Program-made: the position numbers and the translations under genes
Source of the DNA: Acidimicrobiales bacterium
Lineage (GTDB): Bacteria > Actinomycetota > Acidimicrobiia > Acidimicrobiales > Aldehydirespiratoraceae
Direction: 5' to 3'
NCBI GenBank assembly: GCA_963662455.3
Contig: OZ224042.1
Span: 2,446,953 to 2,510,952 of the forward strand
DNA length: 64,000 nucleotides
In this document: positions 9,882-19,837 of the stretch, one piece after another
Layout of the letters: each line of letters begins with the position of its first letter
Position numbering within the stretch: position 1 is the first letter of the stretch
Notes under the pieces: model-generated
Database searches by the model: none
Seen by the model: only the letters and a program-made list of their open reading frames with translations
Told to the model about the DNA's origin: nothing

Positions 9882-10697
9882 GTGGATGAGGGCTGGGCAA
9901 CGGTTCACCCTGTGTTGATCCGCCACGGGTGGGAGTACGTGCAGACCATCGTCTGGGACAAGGGCATTGCCCATATCGCCGGGAACGTGAACGGCGAGAC
10001 CATCAGGCGCTTCCCGGTCGTGACGGAGGTGTGCGTGTTCTACCGGCGCCGTCTGGAGTTCCCTACCCCCGACGGCGTGATGTCGGCCAAGCAGTGGCTG
10101 CGCTACGAGCGGCAGCGCGCTGGGTTGCGCTTGCAGGCCGCCAACGAAGCTTGTGGGGTGGCGAACGCGGCCACGCGCAAGTACCTGACGCAGGACTGGC
10201 TGTGGTACTTCCCTCCACCCGAAATGATGCGCCGGCTCGTTCTCTACGCCAACCAGCACGGCCGACCGGACGGCGCCCCGTACTTTTCGCTAGACGGCAA
10301 GGCTCCAGTCAGCGCTGAGGAATGGGGTTCGCTGCGAGATGTGTGGAGCCACACCCACGGGATCACCAATGTGTGGGCGGCGCCACCTCTCAATGGCAGT
10401 GAGCGCTACAAGGGCAACCGGGTACGGTCAGCACCGCGGGTGCATCGGCCGGGCCGCAACGCCGCCGTTCATCTCAACCAGAAGCCACTGGAGTTCATGC
10501 GTCGTATTATCGCGGCATCCACCCGACCCGGCGACGTCGTGTGGGAGCCATTCGGCGGGCTGTGCAGCGGCGTCGTCGCGGCTACGGAGTCAAGGCGCGA
10601 TGGATATGCCGCGGAACTAGTCGAGCACTTCGCTGACCTGGCGGTCGAGAGGCTCCAATCCGCGGCCCGCGCTCGGCCGGTCGCGGCCACAACATGA
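9882..10697 (+). pseudogene. 5'-truncated beta-class N4/N6 DNA methyltransferase remnant (no DPPY catalytic motif)
   Basis: The C-terminal AdoMet motif is present (HLNQKPLEFMRRII...PGDVVWEPFGGLCSG), and IVWDKG is present. The ~100 N-terminal residues that carry DPPY in this family are missing. Homology starts right after the ligase stop codon. Confidence 0.6.
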
Positions 10698-11022
10698 CAT
10701 CTCCCATCCCGGAGCCAATCGCTCCCACGCCTGATCCAGACGACAAAGCACGCTGCCGAGTATCGCAACTACTGGTGGCAGCACATCCGCGAAACAAAAC
10801 ACAGCCGTGTAATCGAGGCACCTTGCGTTGAGGCGCCCTATCGGCAGCGAAGCAACACTTCGGACAAGCCCGCCTACGACGGAGGCGGCAACTTCGGCCG
10901 AATTGCCAGAATAGGCATAATGAACGACTGGACCAAGGACATCCTCACCCGGCCCCTCGCTGGAATAGTGGTTAGTGAGTGGATCGAGTTCCTCAAGAGG
11001 ACCACCACTTGATGCTCGAATG

Positions 11023-11901
11023 TCAAGCCCGCGCTTTGAACTCGGCGAACAACTGGTGGGCCCGCTCGGCGATCCGTTCAGCGCCGATCGCTGAGCAGCG
11101 TTGATCAAATCCGGATCCCGGACCGGCCCAGAGCATCTCGTCGACCGTTGCGCTCACGGGTGCGTCGCGCTCGACGGTGGCTATGCGTCGAAACAGCAGT
11201 GCCTCCTCGAAGTGCTCACTGAGCGTGAGGGCCAGTCTGGCGCCGCCACGAACATCGAGGTCCCATTCGGCCGCGTCGAACGGGACCTGATCGATGTGAC
11301 CGAACCGCGACAGGATCTTGGCCGCCGATTTGGCGCCCCAGCCGGCGAGCCCCGGGAACCCGTCCGCGGAGTCTCCGACCACTCCGAGATAGTCGGGAAT
11401 CAACTCGGGGGGCACGCCGAACTTGTCGATCACCCCTTGACGGTCGTAGGTGATGCCGCGGCGGCGATCGAGTTGCACGACCCGCCCGTCGGCAGTCACG
11501 CACTGGGCGAGATCCTTGTCGGGTGTGCAGATGATCACCTGATCAACCCGAGGGTCAGCCGCAGCCATTGCCGAACCAGCCGCCAAGCCATCGTCGGCTT
11601 CATGGATAATTTGGGGCCACACCACAAACCCCGCCATCTCCAGCAACTCTTCCACCTCAGGGAATTGGGCCATTAGATCCGGCTCTACCCCGCTGCCGTC
11701 CTTGTAGCCATGATACAGGTCGTTGCGGAAAGACTCGATCACATGGTCGGTAGCGATTCCGATGTGAGTGGCACCGTTGGCGACGAGGTCCAGCACAGTA
11801 TTGAGCACACCTCGTTGCGCACCCAGACGGGCGTCGCGGTTGGACCGTGCGTAGTGGAAGCGGAACAGTTCATAGGTTCCGTCAACTAGATGAACATACA
11901 T
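11023..11901 (-). CDS. 5'-3' exonuclease / flap endonuclease (Pol I N-terminal-like)
   Basis: 292 aa. The N-terminus YVHLVDGTYELFR opens a PIN-like nuclease domain. TPDKDLAQCV is present, and GVPPELIPDYLGVVGDSADGFPGLAGWGAKSAAKIL is the H3TH motif. Confidence 0.85.
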   Translation of the reverse strand: MYVHLVDGTYELFRFHYARSNRDARLGAQRGVLNTVLDLVANGATHIGIATDHVIESFRNDLYHGYKDGSGVEPDLMAQFPEVEELLEMAGFVVWPQIIHEADDGLAAGSAMAAADPRVDQVIICTPDKDLAQCVTADGRVVQLDRRRGITYDRQGVIDKFGVPPELIPDYLGVVGDSADGFPGLAGWGAKSAAKILSRFGHIDQVPFDAAEWDLDVRGGARLALTLSEHFEEALLFRRIATVERDAPVSATVDEMLWAGPGSGFDQRCSAIGAERIAERAHQLFAEFKARA

Positions 11902-11965
11902 TGTTGTGGGTCCTTGTACGATGTCCAGAAGTGTTTTGTGAGCCTGTAGTAGTTAGGATTTTTGG

Positions 11966-13648
11966 ATGTTCGATGAAATTCATGCTCTGCAGCCCGTCAT
12001 CCCCCCTAATCGTGGAAGGCTTTATTTACTATTTACATCTGTCGCGTTGGCTGTCGCGTTGGCGACTTCTTTGATTGTTGTTGTCCCACCCGAAGCGCAT
12101 GCTACAGAAGTGACTGTTCCTGCGGACTGGCCGCACATTCCCGACGGTGTGGGTTCTGGTGAGTCGTTCCGGTTGATGTTCAGCTCCTCACCGGTGACAT
12201 CCAACGACCTGAACATAAGTGCCTACAACACTTTGATACGCGCAGACGCCGGATCCAACCCGTACATACCCGACCACATAGCCAACGGTTACGCTGCGCT
12301 GGTAGCAACAGTCAACCACCCCAACATTCGTGACAACACCGGCACCAACGGCGCCGGTGTCCCCATATATTGGATGGAAGGCTCGAAGGTAGCTGACGAC
12401 TACAACGACTTCTACGACGGATCCTGGGACAACCCCAGAGACGTCAGAACAAGCACCGGCAAAGGACAGAACTTCGGCGACGTCGGCTTCCACTACCACG
12501 GCACCGGCACATTCTACCGGGGAAACGGAGCCCAGATAGGCGGCCTAACCCTCGACGATGTATGCGATGATGTAGGCAGGCGTTATCTCTGCGAAGGCGG
12601 CGAAGGCATCGGGATCGTATGCACCGGTCACGGTGACACCCAACCGGGATGCAGCTCGACCAGACGTCTGGGCCAAGACCTCATCACATGCAGTGTTACA
12701 CGCGATTACGGCTTCGACCGACGCGAATGCGGCCCCCTACAAGACCGGACAGCCATATTCGGGTTGTCGCCTGTGTTGACAGTCGATGACCCAGCAGCAC
12801 AATCAACAGCACCAACACCGACACTGACTCTCGCGGCAGACGTTGCCTCGGTCAGCGAAGGCGGCCGAGCAACGTTCACGATCACTGCCGACCCTGTGCC
12901 CTACAACGATGTCACAGTGAACGTGGGAACCGAACAAGAAATGGGAGAAGGCCTCGACTACATCGGCAGCGGAACCACCCAACAGGTCACCATCCCCGCC
13001 GGGCAGGCCACAGCCACCTGGACCGTGACCGCCTACAACGACGACCAACACCGAACCGACGGACGGATCCAAGCACACATCAAACCCGGCGACGGCTACA
13101 CACTGGGCGACCCGTTCAATATCAGCTTGGACCTGCTCGACAACGACCCGCCAACACCAGCACTGCAACCACCGTCGGTACCGCAACCAACAGCGGCACT
13201 GCAACCACAACCGCAGTCGGTGCTGCAACCACAACCGGCACCGACTCGAGCACCCGACCCGGCACCGACCCAAGCACCAGCACCGCAACCACAACCGGCA
13301 CCACAACCAACACCGGTACCGGTGTTGGAGCCTGTCGTCTTGTCGGTGTCAGACGCCCAAGCGACAGAAGGCCGAACCCTCGACTTCGTCATCACCTTGA
13401 ACCGGGCAGCACGAACACCCGTCGAGATCACCTACAGCACCCTGCGCGGAGAAGCCACCGACGACGACTACACCCACACCGTCGGCACCATCACCATCAA
13501 CGCCGGCGAAACCCGCAGAACCGTCCACATCCGAACAACAGCCGACGACATCAACGAACAACCAGAACGAATGATCCTCTACCTGGTCTCCGTCGACGGC
13601 GCCCAACCAGACCGACGCAGCGCCACCGGCACCATCAACAACAACTGA
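11966..13648 (+). CDS. secreted protein with two Calx-beta domains separated by a Pro/Gln-rich linker
   Basis: 560 aa with a signal/TM segment (LYLLFTSVALAVALATSLIVVV). The Calx-beta-like units are VSEGGRATFTITADP...VTIPAGQATATWTVTAYNDD and ATEGRTLDFVITLNRAA...ITINAGETRRTVHIRTTADD. The N-terminal ~270 aa are unassigned. Confidence 0.75.
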   Translation: MFDEIHALQPVIPPNRGRLYLLFTSVALAVALATSLIVVVPPEAHATEVTVPADWPHIPDGVGSGESFRLMFSSSPVTSNDLNISAYNTLIRADAGSNPYIPDHIANGYAALVATVNHPNIRDNTGTNGAGVPIYWMEGSKVADDYNDFYDGSWDNPRDVRTSTGKGQNFGDVGFHYHGTGTFYRGNGAQIGGLTLDDVCDDVGRRYLCEGGEGIGIVCTGHGDTQPGCSSTRRLGQDLITCSVTRDYGFDRRECGPLQDRTAIFGLSPVLTVDDPAAQSTAPTPTLTLAADVASVSEGGRATFTITADPVPYNDVTVNVGTEQEMGEGLDYIGSGTTQQVTIPAGQATATWTVTAYNDDQHRTDGRIQAHIKPGDGYTLGDPFNISLDLLDNDPPTPALQPPSVPQPTAALQPQPQSVLQPQPAPTRAPDPAPTQAPAPQPQPAPQPTPVPVLEPVVLSVSDAQATEGRTLDFVITLNRAARTPVEITYSTLRGEATDDDYTHTVGTITINAGETRRTVHIRTTADDINEQPERMILYLVSVDGAQPDRRSATGTINNN

Positions 13649-13896
13649 CCGAACAGAGTCACCAACACTGTCAACCCCCCGTCGACTGTGAAACCGACAC
13701 GAAGCGACCTCGTTTGATCAGAACTGTTCAACCCACCGGTCAAACCGCACCCGCCGCCGAACTTTCACCGTTCACATCGGACGAGGACGGGAGTGAAGAC
13801 ACCGGATTGACTTCCAGCGGCGGTTGCAAGAGGTTCGCCTCGGAGTAGCAGCACTTACGTCACAGATGGAATCCAGTTTATGATGAACCGGTAAGA

Positions 13897-14298
13897 CTAG
13901 GATTGGACCAACTCGATCAGCGTGCCAAACGAACCTTTGGGGTGGACAAAGGCCACAGTCGTGCCCCGTGACCCGGGTCGTGGCACTTTGTCTATAGGCG
14001 TTGCTCCAGCCGCGATCATCTGCGCAAGCGCATCGGCGCAATCATCGACGCGATAACCGACATGGTGTAACCCTTCGCCTCGTTTTTCGAGGAATTTGGC
14101 AACCGGAGAATCAGGACGCGTAGCTGCGGTCAGTTGGATGTAGCTGTCGGCCACCTTGATCAACGCCTCTTCCACACCGTCAGAATCAACAACCTCGCGG
14201 TGATGGACTTCCGCCCCGAAAGCTTGACGGTAGTAGGCAACCGCAGCCTCAATATCTTTGACCGCAATCGCAATGTGATCGATTTCTTTGAGTCGCAC
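13897..14298 (-). CDS. mce: methylmalonyl-CoA epimerase (VOC/glyoxalase fold)
   Basis: 133 aa. IDHIAIAVKDIEAAVAYY, GEGLHHVGYRVDD, VAFVHPK...GTLIELV. Confidence 0.85.
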   Translation of the reverse strand: MRLKEIDHIAIAVKDIEAAVAYYRQAFGAEVHHREVVDSDGVEEALIKVADSYIQLTAATRPDSPVAKFLEKRGEGLHHVGYRVDDCADALAQMIAAGATPIDKVPRPGSRGTTVAFVHPKGSFGTLIELVQS

Positions 14299-14316
14299 GC
14301 GCTAAAGAATACCGGC

Positions 14317-14952
14317 CTAGGCGCTTCCTGCAGCAGGCACGGTCTCGCCATCTTCGATTACCTTGCGACCTTCCAGGGCACGACCAAGAGTGAGTTCATC
14401 TGCATATTCGAGATCACCGCCCACCGGCAGCCCCATAGCGATCCGCGTGACCCGAACCCCCATCGGTTTCAGATATTTGACCAGCAGCGCCGCTGTTGCT
14501 TCACCTTCAAGGTTGGGATTGGTAGCAACGATTACTTCGGAAATGTCTTCATCGGCGACTCGTTTCATCAATTCTCTGATTCTCAGTTGCTCCACGCCGA
14601 CACCGTCGATCGGGCTGAAGGCACCCCCCAAAACGTGATATCGGCCTCTGAATTCCTGCGTGCGCTCGATTGCAACGATGTCTTGACTGTCTTCCACTAC
14701 ACAGACGAGACCGTCTTCACGGCGGGGGTTGCGACATATGGAACACTCATCACCTGATTCGGAGAGGTTGAAGCAACGTTCACAGAATGACACTCGTTCT
14801 TTGGCTTCAATGATCGCTTTGGAGAGCAGCAAGGCATCTTCATGGGGCACTTTGAGCAGGTAGAACGCAACTCGTTGCGCTGATTTAGGACCAATCCCAG
14901 GCAATCGACCCAACTGGTCAATCAATTCCTGAACGGCGTTGGAATAACTCAC
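14317..14952 (-). CDS. recR: recombination protein RecR
   Basis: 211 aa. [17 protein letters not shown] (HhH), a C4 zinc finger (CERCFNL...CSIC) and a Toprim segment. Confidence 0.95.
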   Translation of the reverse strand: MSYSNAVQELIDQLGRLPGIGPKSAQRVAFYLLKVPHEDALLLSKAIIEAKERVSFCERCFNLSESGDECSICRNPRREDGLVCVVEDSQDIVAIERTQEFRGRYHVLGGAFSPIDGVGVEQLRIRELMKRVADEDISEVIVATNPNLEGEATAALLVKYLKPMGVRVTRIAMGLPVGGDLEYADELTLGRALEGRKVIEDGETVPAAGSA

Positions 14953-16715
14953 TGATCCGCCTGGGTTTCGGCTGGAGTATGTATCTCAGCACCCGGGAAG
15001 GCCTCGGCAAGGAGTTCGACTACTTGATCGGTGTGAGACCCCGCGTCAATGAGCGTGTCCAAGTCCAAACCGTCAGCGTCATCCACCGGATCGACCACTG
15101 CGATTTCGCTGAGCTCATCCTTGTTTGATTCTGTTTCGATGAACGGAACACTTGGAGTTTCAGAGAGCAGGTCAACGCTTGTCGGTGACGCAACTTCGGG
15201 AGAACCGTCGACAGCAGAAGAGTCGTCGTCGGGAGAACCCTCAGCAGCATCAGCGGGAGTTTTGCGAACCGCTTCAGGGCCGAGATCATCGACTAGTGCC
15301 CTCCACACTCTCTGCAGATCCGCACTTGATCGCTCACCATGCTTCGGGCCGAGAATCTCATTCGCTTTCGCGATCACCAAGTCGCGACCCAAAGAGAGGT
15401 GCTGACCAGCCAAAGCAACTACTTCTTTCGCGGTCTTCGGTTCTAATGATCGAATGTCTTGTTCGGGAAGGGGTCTCGCCGCAGCGGCGGCAACGGGTGG
15501 CGGGGGCGGCAATCTCGGAGTTGCGGGTGGCGGAACGGGTTGGGCGACTGGAGCGGTCACCACGTCCGGAGTGGCCTGGGGGGCCGCCGCAGTCGACGCA
15601 GACGCAACACCTGCAGCGAGGCGCGCTTCAAGTTGTTCGATGCGCTCAAGCAACGAATCGACCGTCACGTCGTTGGTAAATCGACACAGCCGAACCAGCG
15701 CTACTTCAAGTTGAACACGCGGATCGGGCGCCTGGCGCATATCCACGAGAGCGGAACCCAAAGTCTCCAGAGCCCGTGTGAACTGTGCCGGAGACATCTG
15801 GTCGGCAACTTCAGCAGCTCGTGCTTGTTCGGACACAGTCGCACGCGGTGGTGGTGCATCCATCCGAGTCAAGAACGCGTCTCGCAAGCCTGCGAGCAAC
15901 ATCTCACCAATGGTCCGGGGATCGCGGCCGCGACCCATAGCCTCACCTACCGCGCTCAGCGCACCGGCTGTGTTGTGATCTGCCAGTGCCTGAATCAGTT
16001 GATCGGTCGACTGATCGATCTCAACGGCCCCGCCGGCGGCCACTACCCTGTCGAGCGCGCTCAACGTGTCACGGACCGATCCTCCACCTGCCGAAACCAC
16101 ATAATCAACCGCATCGTCGTCTACTTCAAGCGCAGCGTCCTCGATTATCCAATGCACATGGGCGGTCATCTCCTGCGCCCCGAGCAAACTGAGTTCAAAC
16201 ACCTGGCAACGACTGCGGATCGTCTCTACAACCTTGTGCGGTTCGGTCGTGGCAAGCACCCAAACCACATGACCGGGTGGTTCCTCAAGGGTTTTGAGCA
16301 GAGAGTTCTCCGCTCCCCTGGTCAACATGTGAACCTCGTCAAGGATGTAGACCTTCATCCTTCCCGGGTTGCCGAGGTTGACCTTGCTCAACAGGTCACG
16401 CATGTCTTCGACACCGTTGTTGCTTGCGGCGTCGAGTTCATGCAGGTCGAAAGAACGACCCTGCTCAATAGACACGCAACTGTCGCAACTGCCGCATGGT
16501 TCAGAGTCCTCGCCAAGACGTTCGCAGTTGAGAGCTTTGGCGAGGACCCGCGCGGAGCTGGTCTTGCCGGTGCCTCTCGGGCCGTGGAACATGTAGGCGT
16601 GGCCCACTTTGTCTGTCGCCACGGCATTCCGTATGGCAGTGACAACATGGGTTTGACCACGGATCTCAGAGAATTTCTGTGGTCGATAACGTCGGTAGAG
16701 GGACTGATAGGCCAT
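14949..16715 (-). CDS. dnaX: DNA polymerase III subunits gamma/tau
   Basis: 588 aa. [24 protein letters not shown] (Walker A), YILDEVHML, and a zinc module (CGSCDSC). Its stop overlaps the recR start by 4 nt. Confidence 0.95.
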   Translation of the reverse strand: MAYQSLYRRYRPQKFSEIRGQTHVVTAIRNAVATDKVGHAYMFHGPRGTGKTSSARVLAKALNCERLGEDSEPCGSCDSCVSIEQGRSFDLHELDAASNNGVEDMRDLLSKVNLGNPGRMKVYILDEVHMLTRGAENSLLKTLEEPPGHVVWVLATTEPHKVVETIRSRCQVFELSLLGAQEMTAHVHWIIEDAALEVDDDAVDYVVSAGGGSVRDTLSALDRVVAAGGAVEIDQSTDQLIQALADHNTAGALSAVGEAMGRGRDPRTIGEMLLAGLRDAFLTRMDAPPPRATVSEQARAAEVADQMSPAQFTRALETLGSALVDMRQAPDPRVQLEVALVRLCRFTNDVTVDSLLERIEQLEARLAAGVASASTAAAPQATPDVVTAPVAQPVPPPATPRLPPPPPVAAAAARPLPEQDIRSLEPKTAKEVVALAGQHLSLGRDLVIAKANEILGPKHGERSSADLQRVWRALVDDLGPEAVRKTPADAAEGSPDDDSSAVDGSPEVASPTSVDLLSETPSVPFIETESNKDELSEIAVVDPVDDADGLDLDTLIDAGSHTDQVVELLAEAFPGAEIHTPAETQADQ

Positions 16716-16799
16716 TTGTTGTCAATCCTACTGTGCGTCCGTGACACGGCTGCCGGACTAAGCGTTCACAAACACTCACGACCCCCGTTTCCGGGAGTG

Positions 16800-16900
16800 A
16801 CGGCCAGGCAATCTGCGGCACACAGGCGGCTCCGCTGAGAGCTGCTGCCTTCCGGCCCTGACCCGGTTCACGGACACCTGTTGCACAGGACCCGACCGCC
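16800..16900 (-). ncRNA. ffs: signal recognition particle RNA (small bacterial type); ends approximate
   Basis: The minus strand reads ...CCGGGUCAGGGCCGGAAGGCAGCAGC..., matching the conserved domain IV / GGAA tetraloop region of bacterial SRP RNA (E. coli GGUCAGGUCCGGAAGGAAGCAGC). Flanking arms are complementary. The position upstream of dnaX is the usual one. Confidence 0.7.
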
Positions 16901-16968
16901 ACACCCCGAAACGGGAATGCTCAATGCACGCTATCCTGTGAAGTCGATACCCGCACCAGGGTGTACCC

Positions 16969-17056
16969 GGAGGGTTGCCAGAGCGGCCGAATGGGCACGC
17001 TTGGAAAGCGTGTGAGGTGCAAGCCTCCGTGGGTTCAAATCCCACACCCTCCGCCA
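16969..17056 (+). tRNA. tRNA-Ser (anticodon GGA), class II with long variable arm, CCA encoded
   Basis: Acceptor stem GGAGGGT/ACCCTCC. Anticodon stem-loop CACGC-TTGGAAA-GCGTG. T arm GTGGG-TTCAAAT-CCCAC. Discriminator G followed by CCA. Confidence 0.95.
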
Positions 17057-17147
17057 TTGTGATGTGTCAAGACATGTGCAAGTGCTGGCGAGCTTGGGAC
17101 CATGGCGACGATGATCGGAAGCACCGCCCTCACTCGCCAGCAGCGGG

Positions 17148-18431
17148 TTACGGGCCGAGCGCGGTGATGGGTGCGACGGTGACGCCGTCGGGTCGCTGGT
17201 AGGCGGCGGTGCCGAACGCGGTCACGATGAGGTGTGCCGCAGGAGGCAGTCTGCGAGAGGTGTCGATGCTGCGGGTCGCGGCCAGCAGCTTCGCAGCGGC
17301 TTGGTCCAGCATCTGTTCGTTGCCGCCGAGCTTGACTTCCACGGCGACCCACCGTCCGTCGCGTGCCTCGAGCACGGCATCGAGCTCGCCGCCGCGCTGG
17401 GCTTGGTGATGGAACACCGCGACGTCGCCGGCCTCGCAGTACACACGCAGGTCGCGCACGGCCAGCGATTCGAACAGCAGACCCAGCGAACGCATGTCGC
17501 GGGCGAGCCGGTCAGGCCCTATCCCGAGCGCGGCGGCCGCGAGCGACGGATCAGCCAGGTGCCGCTTCGGCGACTGACGGGCCGGGCGCCCCGATGCCAT
17601 GTGCGGCGACCACGCCGGGAGATCGTCGAGAACGAAGAGGCGCTCGAGGGCGTCGAGGTAGCGGCTGACCGTCTGGTGGTTCAGCCGTGCCCCGTCGCCG
17701 GCGGTGTCTCTCGCCAGCGATGCCTGGGAGGCGGTGGTGGACACGTTGCGTGCCAGCGACCGCAGCAGCCTTCTCACCTTCACCGGGTCATGGGAGGTCC
17801 CCGTCTCCGCTGGGAGGTCGACGCGTGCGGTCTCCTCCAGATACGCCACGAGCAGGTCCTGGCCGGCCTCCGCAGCCAGCCCGACATGGCGGGGCCATCC
17901 ACCCCGGCAGATCAACTCCGCAAGGCGCCGGGCGTCGATCTGCGGAGCGAGCGCGGCAGCAGCCTCTCCCGCGAGCAGGCCGGCCACCGATACCTGCCCG
18001 GTGGCATAGCCCAGTTCGTGAAGCGACATGGGGCGAAGCCGAATGCGCATGAGGCGGCCGGCTCCTGAGTGGCGGGTTACGGCATCCGCCCGCGAGTAGG
18101 AACCGGTGAAGATGAACTTGCCCGTGGCGGCGTCCAGGTCGGAAATGCCCCGGGCGGCGTCCCAGACCTCGGGTGCGCGCTGCCACTCGTCGACGAGCTT
18201 GGGCCGATCGCCGTCCAGCAGCACCTCACGGGTGATCGTGCGGGCCGCACTGAGAGCGTTGGCGTCCTCGGCCAGCATCATCTTGCTGCGAGACCGGCTC
18301 AGCCCGAGCCACGTCTTGCCGCACCCCTTGGCGCCTTCGATGAGGACCATCGGCGCCGTGCTGAGCGCCCGGTCCAAGCGCGTGCCGGCGATGCGAGCGA
18401 CGTAGCCGTCTGGCTTGAGGAGATCTGCCAT
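17148..18431 (-). CDS. AAA-type ATP-binding protein of the AAA_14/DUF4143 architecture
   Basis: 427 aa. Walker A-like GAKGCGKTW. The C-terminal region (GGELDAVLE...RWVAVEVKLG) resembles the restriction-endonuclease-like DUF4143 module. Confidence 0.8.
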   Translation of the reverse strand: MADLLKPDGYVARIAGTRLDRALSTAPMVLIEGAKGCGKTWLGLSRSRSKMMLAEDANALSAARTITREVLLDGDRPKLVDEWQRAPEVWDAARGISDLDAATGKFIFTGSYSRADAVTRHSGAGRLMRIRLRPMSLHELGYATGQVSVAGLLAGEAAAALAPQIDARRLAELICRGGWPRHVGLAAEAGQDLLVAYLEETARVDLPAETGTSHDPVKVRRLLRSLARNVSTTASQASLARDTAGDGARLNHQTVSRYLDALERLFVLDDLPAWSPHMASGRPARQSPKRHLADPSLAAAALGIGPDRLARDMRSLGLLFESLAVRDLRVYCEAGDVAVFHHQAQRGGELDAVLEARDGRWVAVEVKLGGNEQMLDQAAAKLLAATRSIDTSRRLPPAAHLIVTAFGTAAYQRPDGVTVAPITALGP

Positions 18432-18470
18432 CGCCGTCCTTCGCTGACCCTGTCATGTCGGGCCGACCGG

Positions 18471-18525
18471 TGAATGTAGCACTTTACACCATTTGAATGT
18501 AGCAGATTCCCCACTCTGAATGTAG
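18471..18525. promoter_or_regulatory. three phased direct repeats TGAATGTAG(CA) with exact 23-bp spacing, 40-95 nt upstream of the DUF4143 ATPase start
   Basis: Copies lie at 18471-18479, 18494-18502 and 18517-18525. The region looks AT-richer than its surroundings. Confidence 0.4.
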
Positions 18526-18628
18526 TGTCTGCACGCCGAGATCCAAGGGAGCTACGCCAGTTCCGAGAGCCATCTGATACAGATGGCCGATTTCATCGCC
18601 CACTCGGGTTCGTGTTGGTTGTTGCGGC

Positions 18629-18916
18629 TTAGAGGTAGGAGTCGAGGGCGTCTCGGATGACTTGGCTCTCGGTGGTCTCGTCGGAAGCTGCCCGCTGCTT
18701 GATCCGGCTCTTGTAGCTGTGGGGAGCGCGGAATGTGTACACCTCGGCCCGTGTCTCTCCGATTCTCGGTGAGCGGCGCCGCGTCCGCTTGACCTCGGCG
18801 AGTTCGTCGGGCGCGAACTCGCGCCCCTCGAAGTCCGTGGCGATGGCCTCTATCTCATCGCCGGTCAAGGTCCTGTCGGTCGACCCGTGCCGGTAGGCCG
18901 ACTCGAATATCTGCAC
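18629..18916 (-). CDS. ribbon-helix-helix (CopG/antitoxin-like) protein, no adjacent toxin
   Basis: 95 aa. The C-terminal YTFRAPHSYKSRIKQRAASDETTESQVIRDALDSYL fits the RHH strand-helix-helix pattern. Confidence 0.6.
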   Translation of the reverse strand: MQIFESAYRHGSTDRTLTGDEIEAIATDFEGREFAPDELAEVKRTRRRSPRIGETRAEVYTFRAPHSYKSRIKQRAASDETTESQVIRDALDSYL

Positions 18917-19329
18917 CGCTTAAGCGTAACACGTTTAAGGACGGTTTGAGTCCACGTTTAGATTCCAAGTGTTTTTATTGGATTCCGAGGCATAGTGAGC
19001 TTGTCATCGACACTTCCCCCAAGGTTTGTCCCCACGATTGACAGGACGCCACTCAGCATCCGCGGCTACCCCTAAAAGCACGATGAGCCCCGATGAAGGG
19101 GGCTCTCGCAAGCCACTCTCGTGGCTCAGGCCATCGAAACGAGCACTTGGTGCTCCGATGACCTCAACACGCAGGGTACACGAAATATCGCCACAAACGC
19201 TAGTCCCTTGAACGAATCTGACTCCACCCCTGCGACGTTTCCTAAGTCCGACTCACCTGTTTCCTATGTCCTGACGCAGCACACGCCCACCCGACGTTCT
19301 TTGGGCATCTGGGTTCGTAGGGTTGGGGG

Positions 19330-19734
19330 ATGGATCTTGCGGAGATGCGACGACGAGTCTCAGAAGCCCGGTCGGGAGTTCTGAGCACAATCACGACCCA
19401 AGGGCGACCCCATGCGGTGCCGTGCTGCTTCGTGCTGGACGGCGAAGTGGTGTATTCGGCGGTTGACGCCAAACCGAAGTCAACTCTGGCGCTGCGCCGG
19501 CTGGACAACCTCGAAGCCCATCGGCATGCCTGCCTGCTGGTGGACTACTACGACGACGACTGGTCGGAACTCTGGTGGATACGCCTGGACTGCCACGGAC
19601 GGGTGCTCGCCGACGGCGACGAGCGTGAGCGGGCGTTGGACTTGTTGGCCGTTGAGTACCCGCAGTACCGCTCCACGCGACCCCCCGGCCCCGTGATCGC
19701 CCTAGACGTCACCAAATGGCGTTCCTGGCCATGA
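19330..19734 (+). CDS. PPOX-class (pyridoxamine 5'-phosphate oxidase fold), probable F420-dependent enzyme
   Basis: 134 aa. GVLSTITTQGRPHAVPCCFVLDGEVVYSAVD and WWIRLDCHGR are typical of the split-barrel PPOX family. Confidence 0.8.
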   Translation: MDLAEMRRRVSEARSGVLSTITTQGRPHAVPCCFVLDGEVVYSAVDAKPKSTLALRRLDNLEAHRHACLLVDYYDDDWSELWWIRLDCHGRVLADGDERERALDLLAVEYPQYRSTRPPGPVIALDVTKWRSWP

Positions 19735-19810
19735 CCTCCCCGCGTTGTCCGTCACGAGCAGCATTTCGATGAGCGATGCACCGTATTGAGGTCAAAGTTC
19801 CCTTGAATCG

Positions 19811-19836
19811 GAACATGATTGTTCTATAATCGAACA
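19811..19836 (+). promoter_or_regulatory. operator/promoter: GAACA-N4-TGTTC-TATAAT-N1-GAACA immediately upstream of the XRE-ImmA gene; implies a leaderless mRNA
   Basis: GAACA at 19811-19815, TGTTC at 19820-19824, a consensus -10 TATAAT at 19825-19830, GAACA at 19832-19836, ATG at 19838. Confidence 0.45.
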
Positions 19837-19837
19837 T

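Noticed and set aside
10617-11108. 163-aa minus-strand ORF filling the gap between the MTase remnant and the exonuclease gene
   Set aside because: It overlaps both neighbours, has no internal start with an RBS and no recognisable motif. The 10698-11022 gap is more likely decayed sequence.
15459-16838. 459-aa plus-strand ORF
   Set aside because: Antisense to dnaX and running through the SRP RNA. Shadow ORF.
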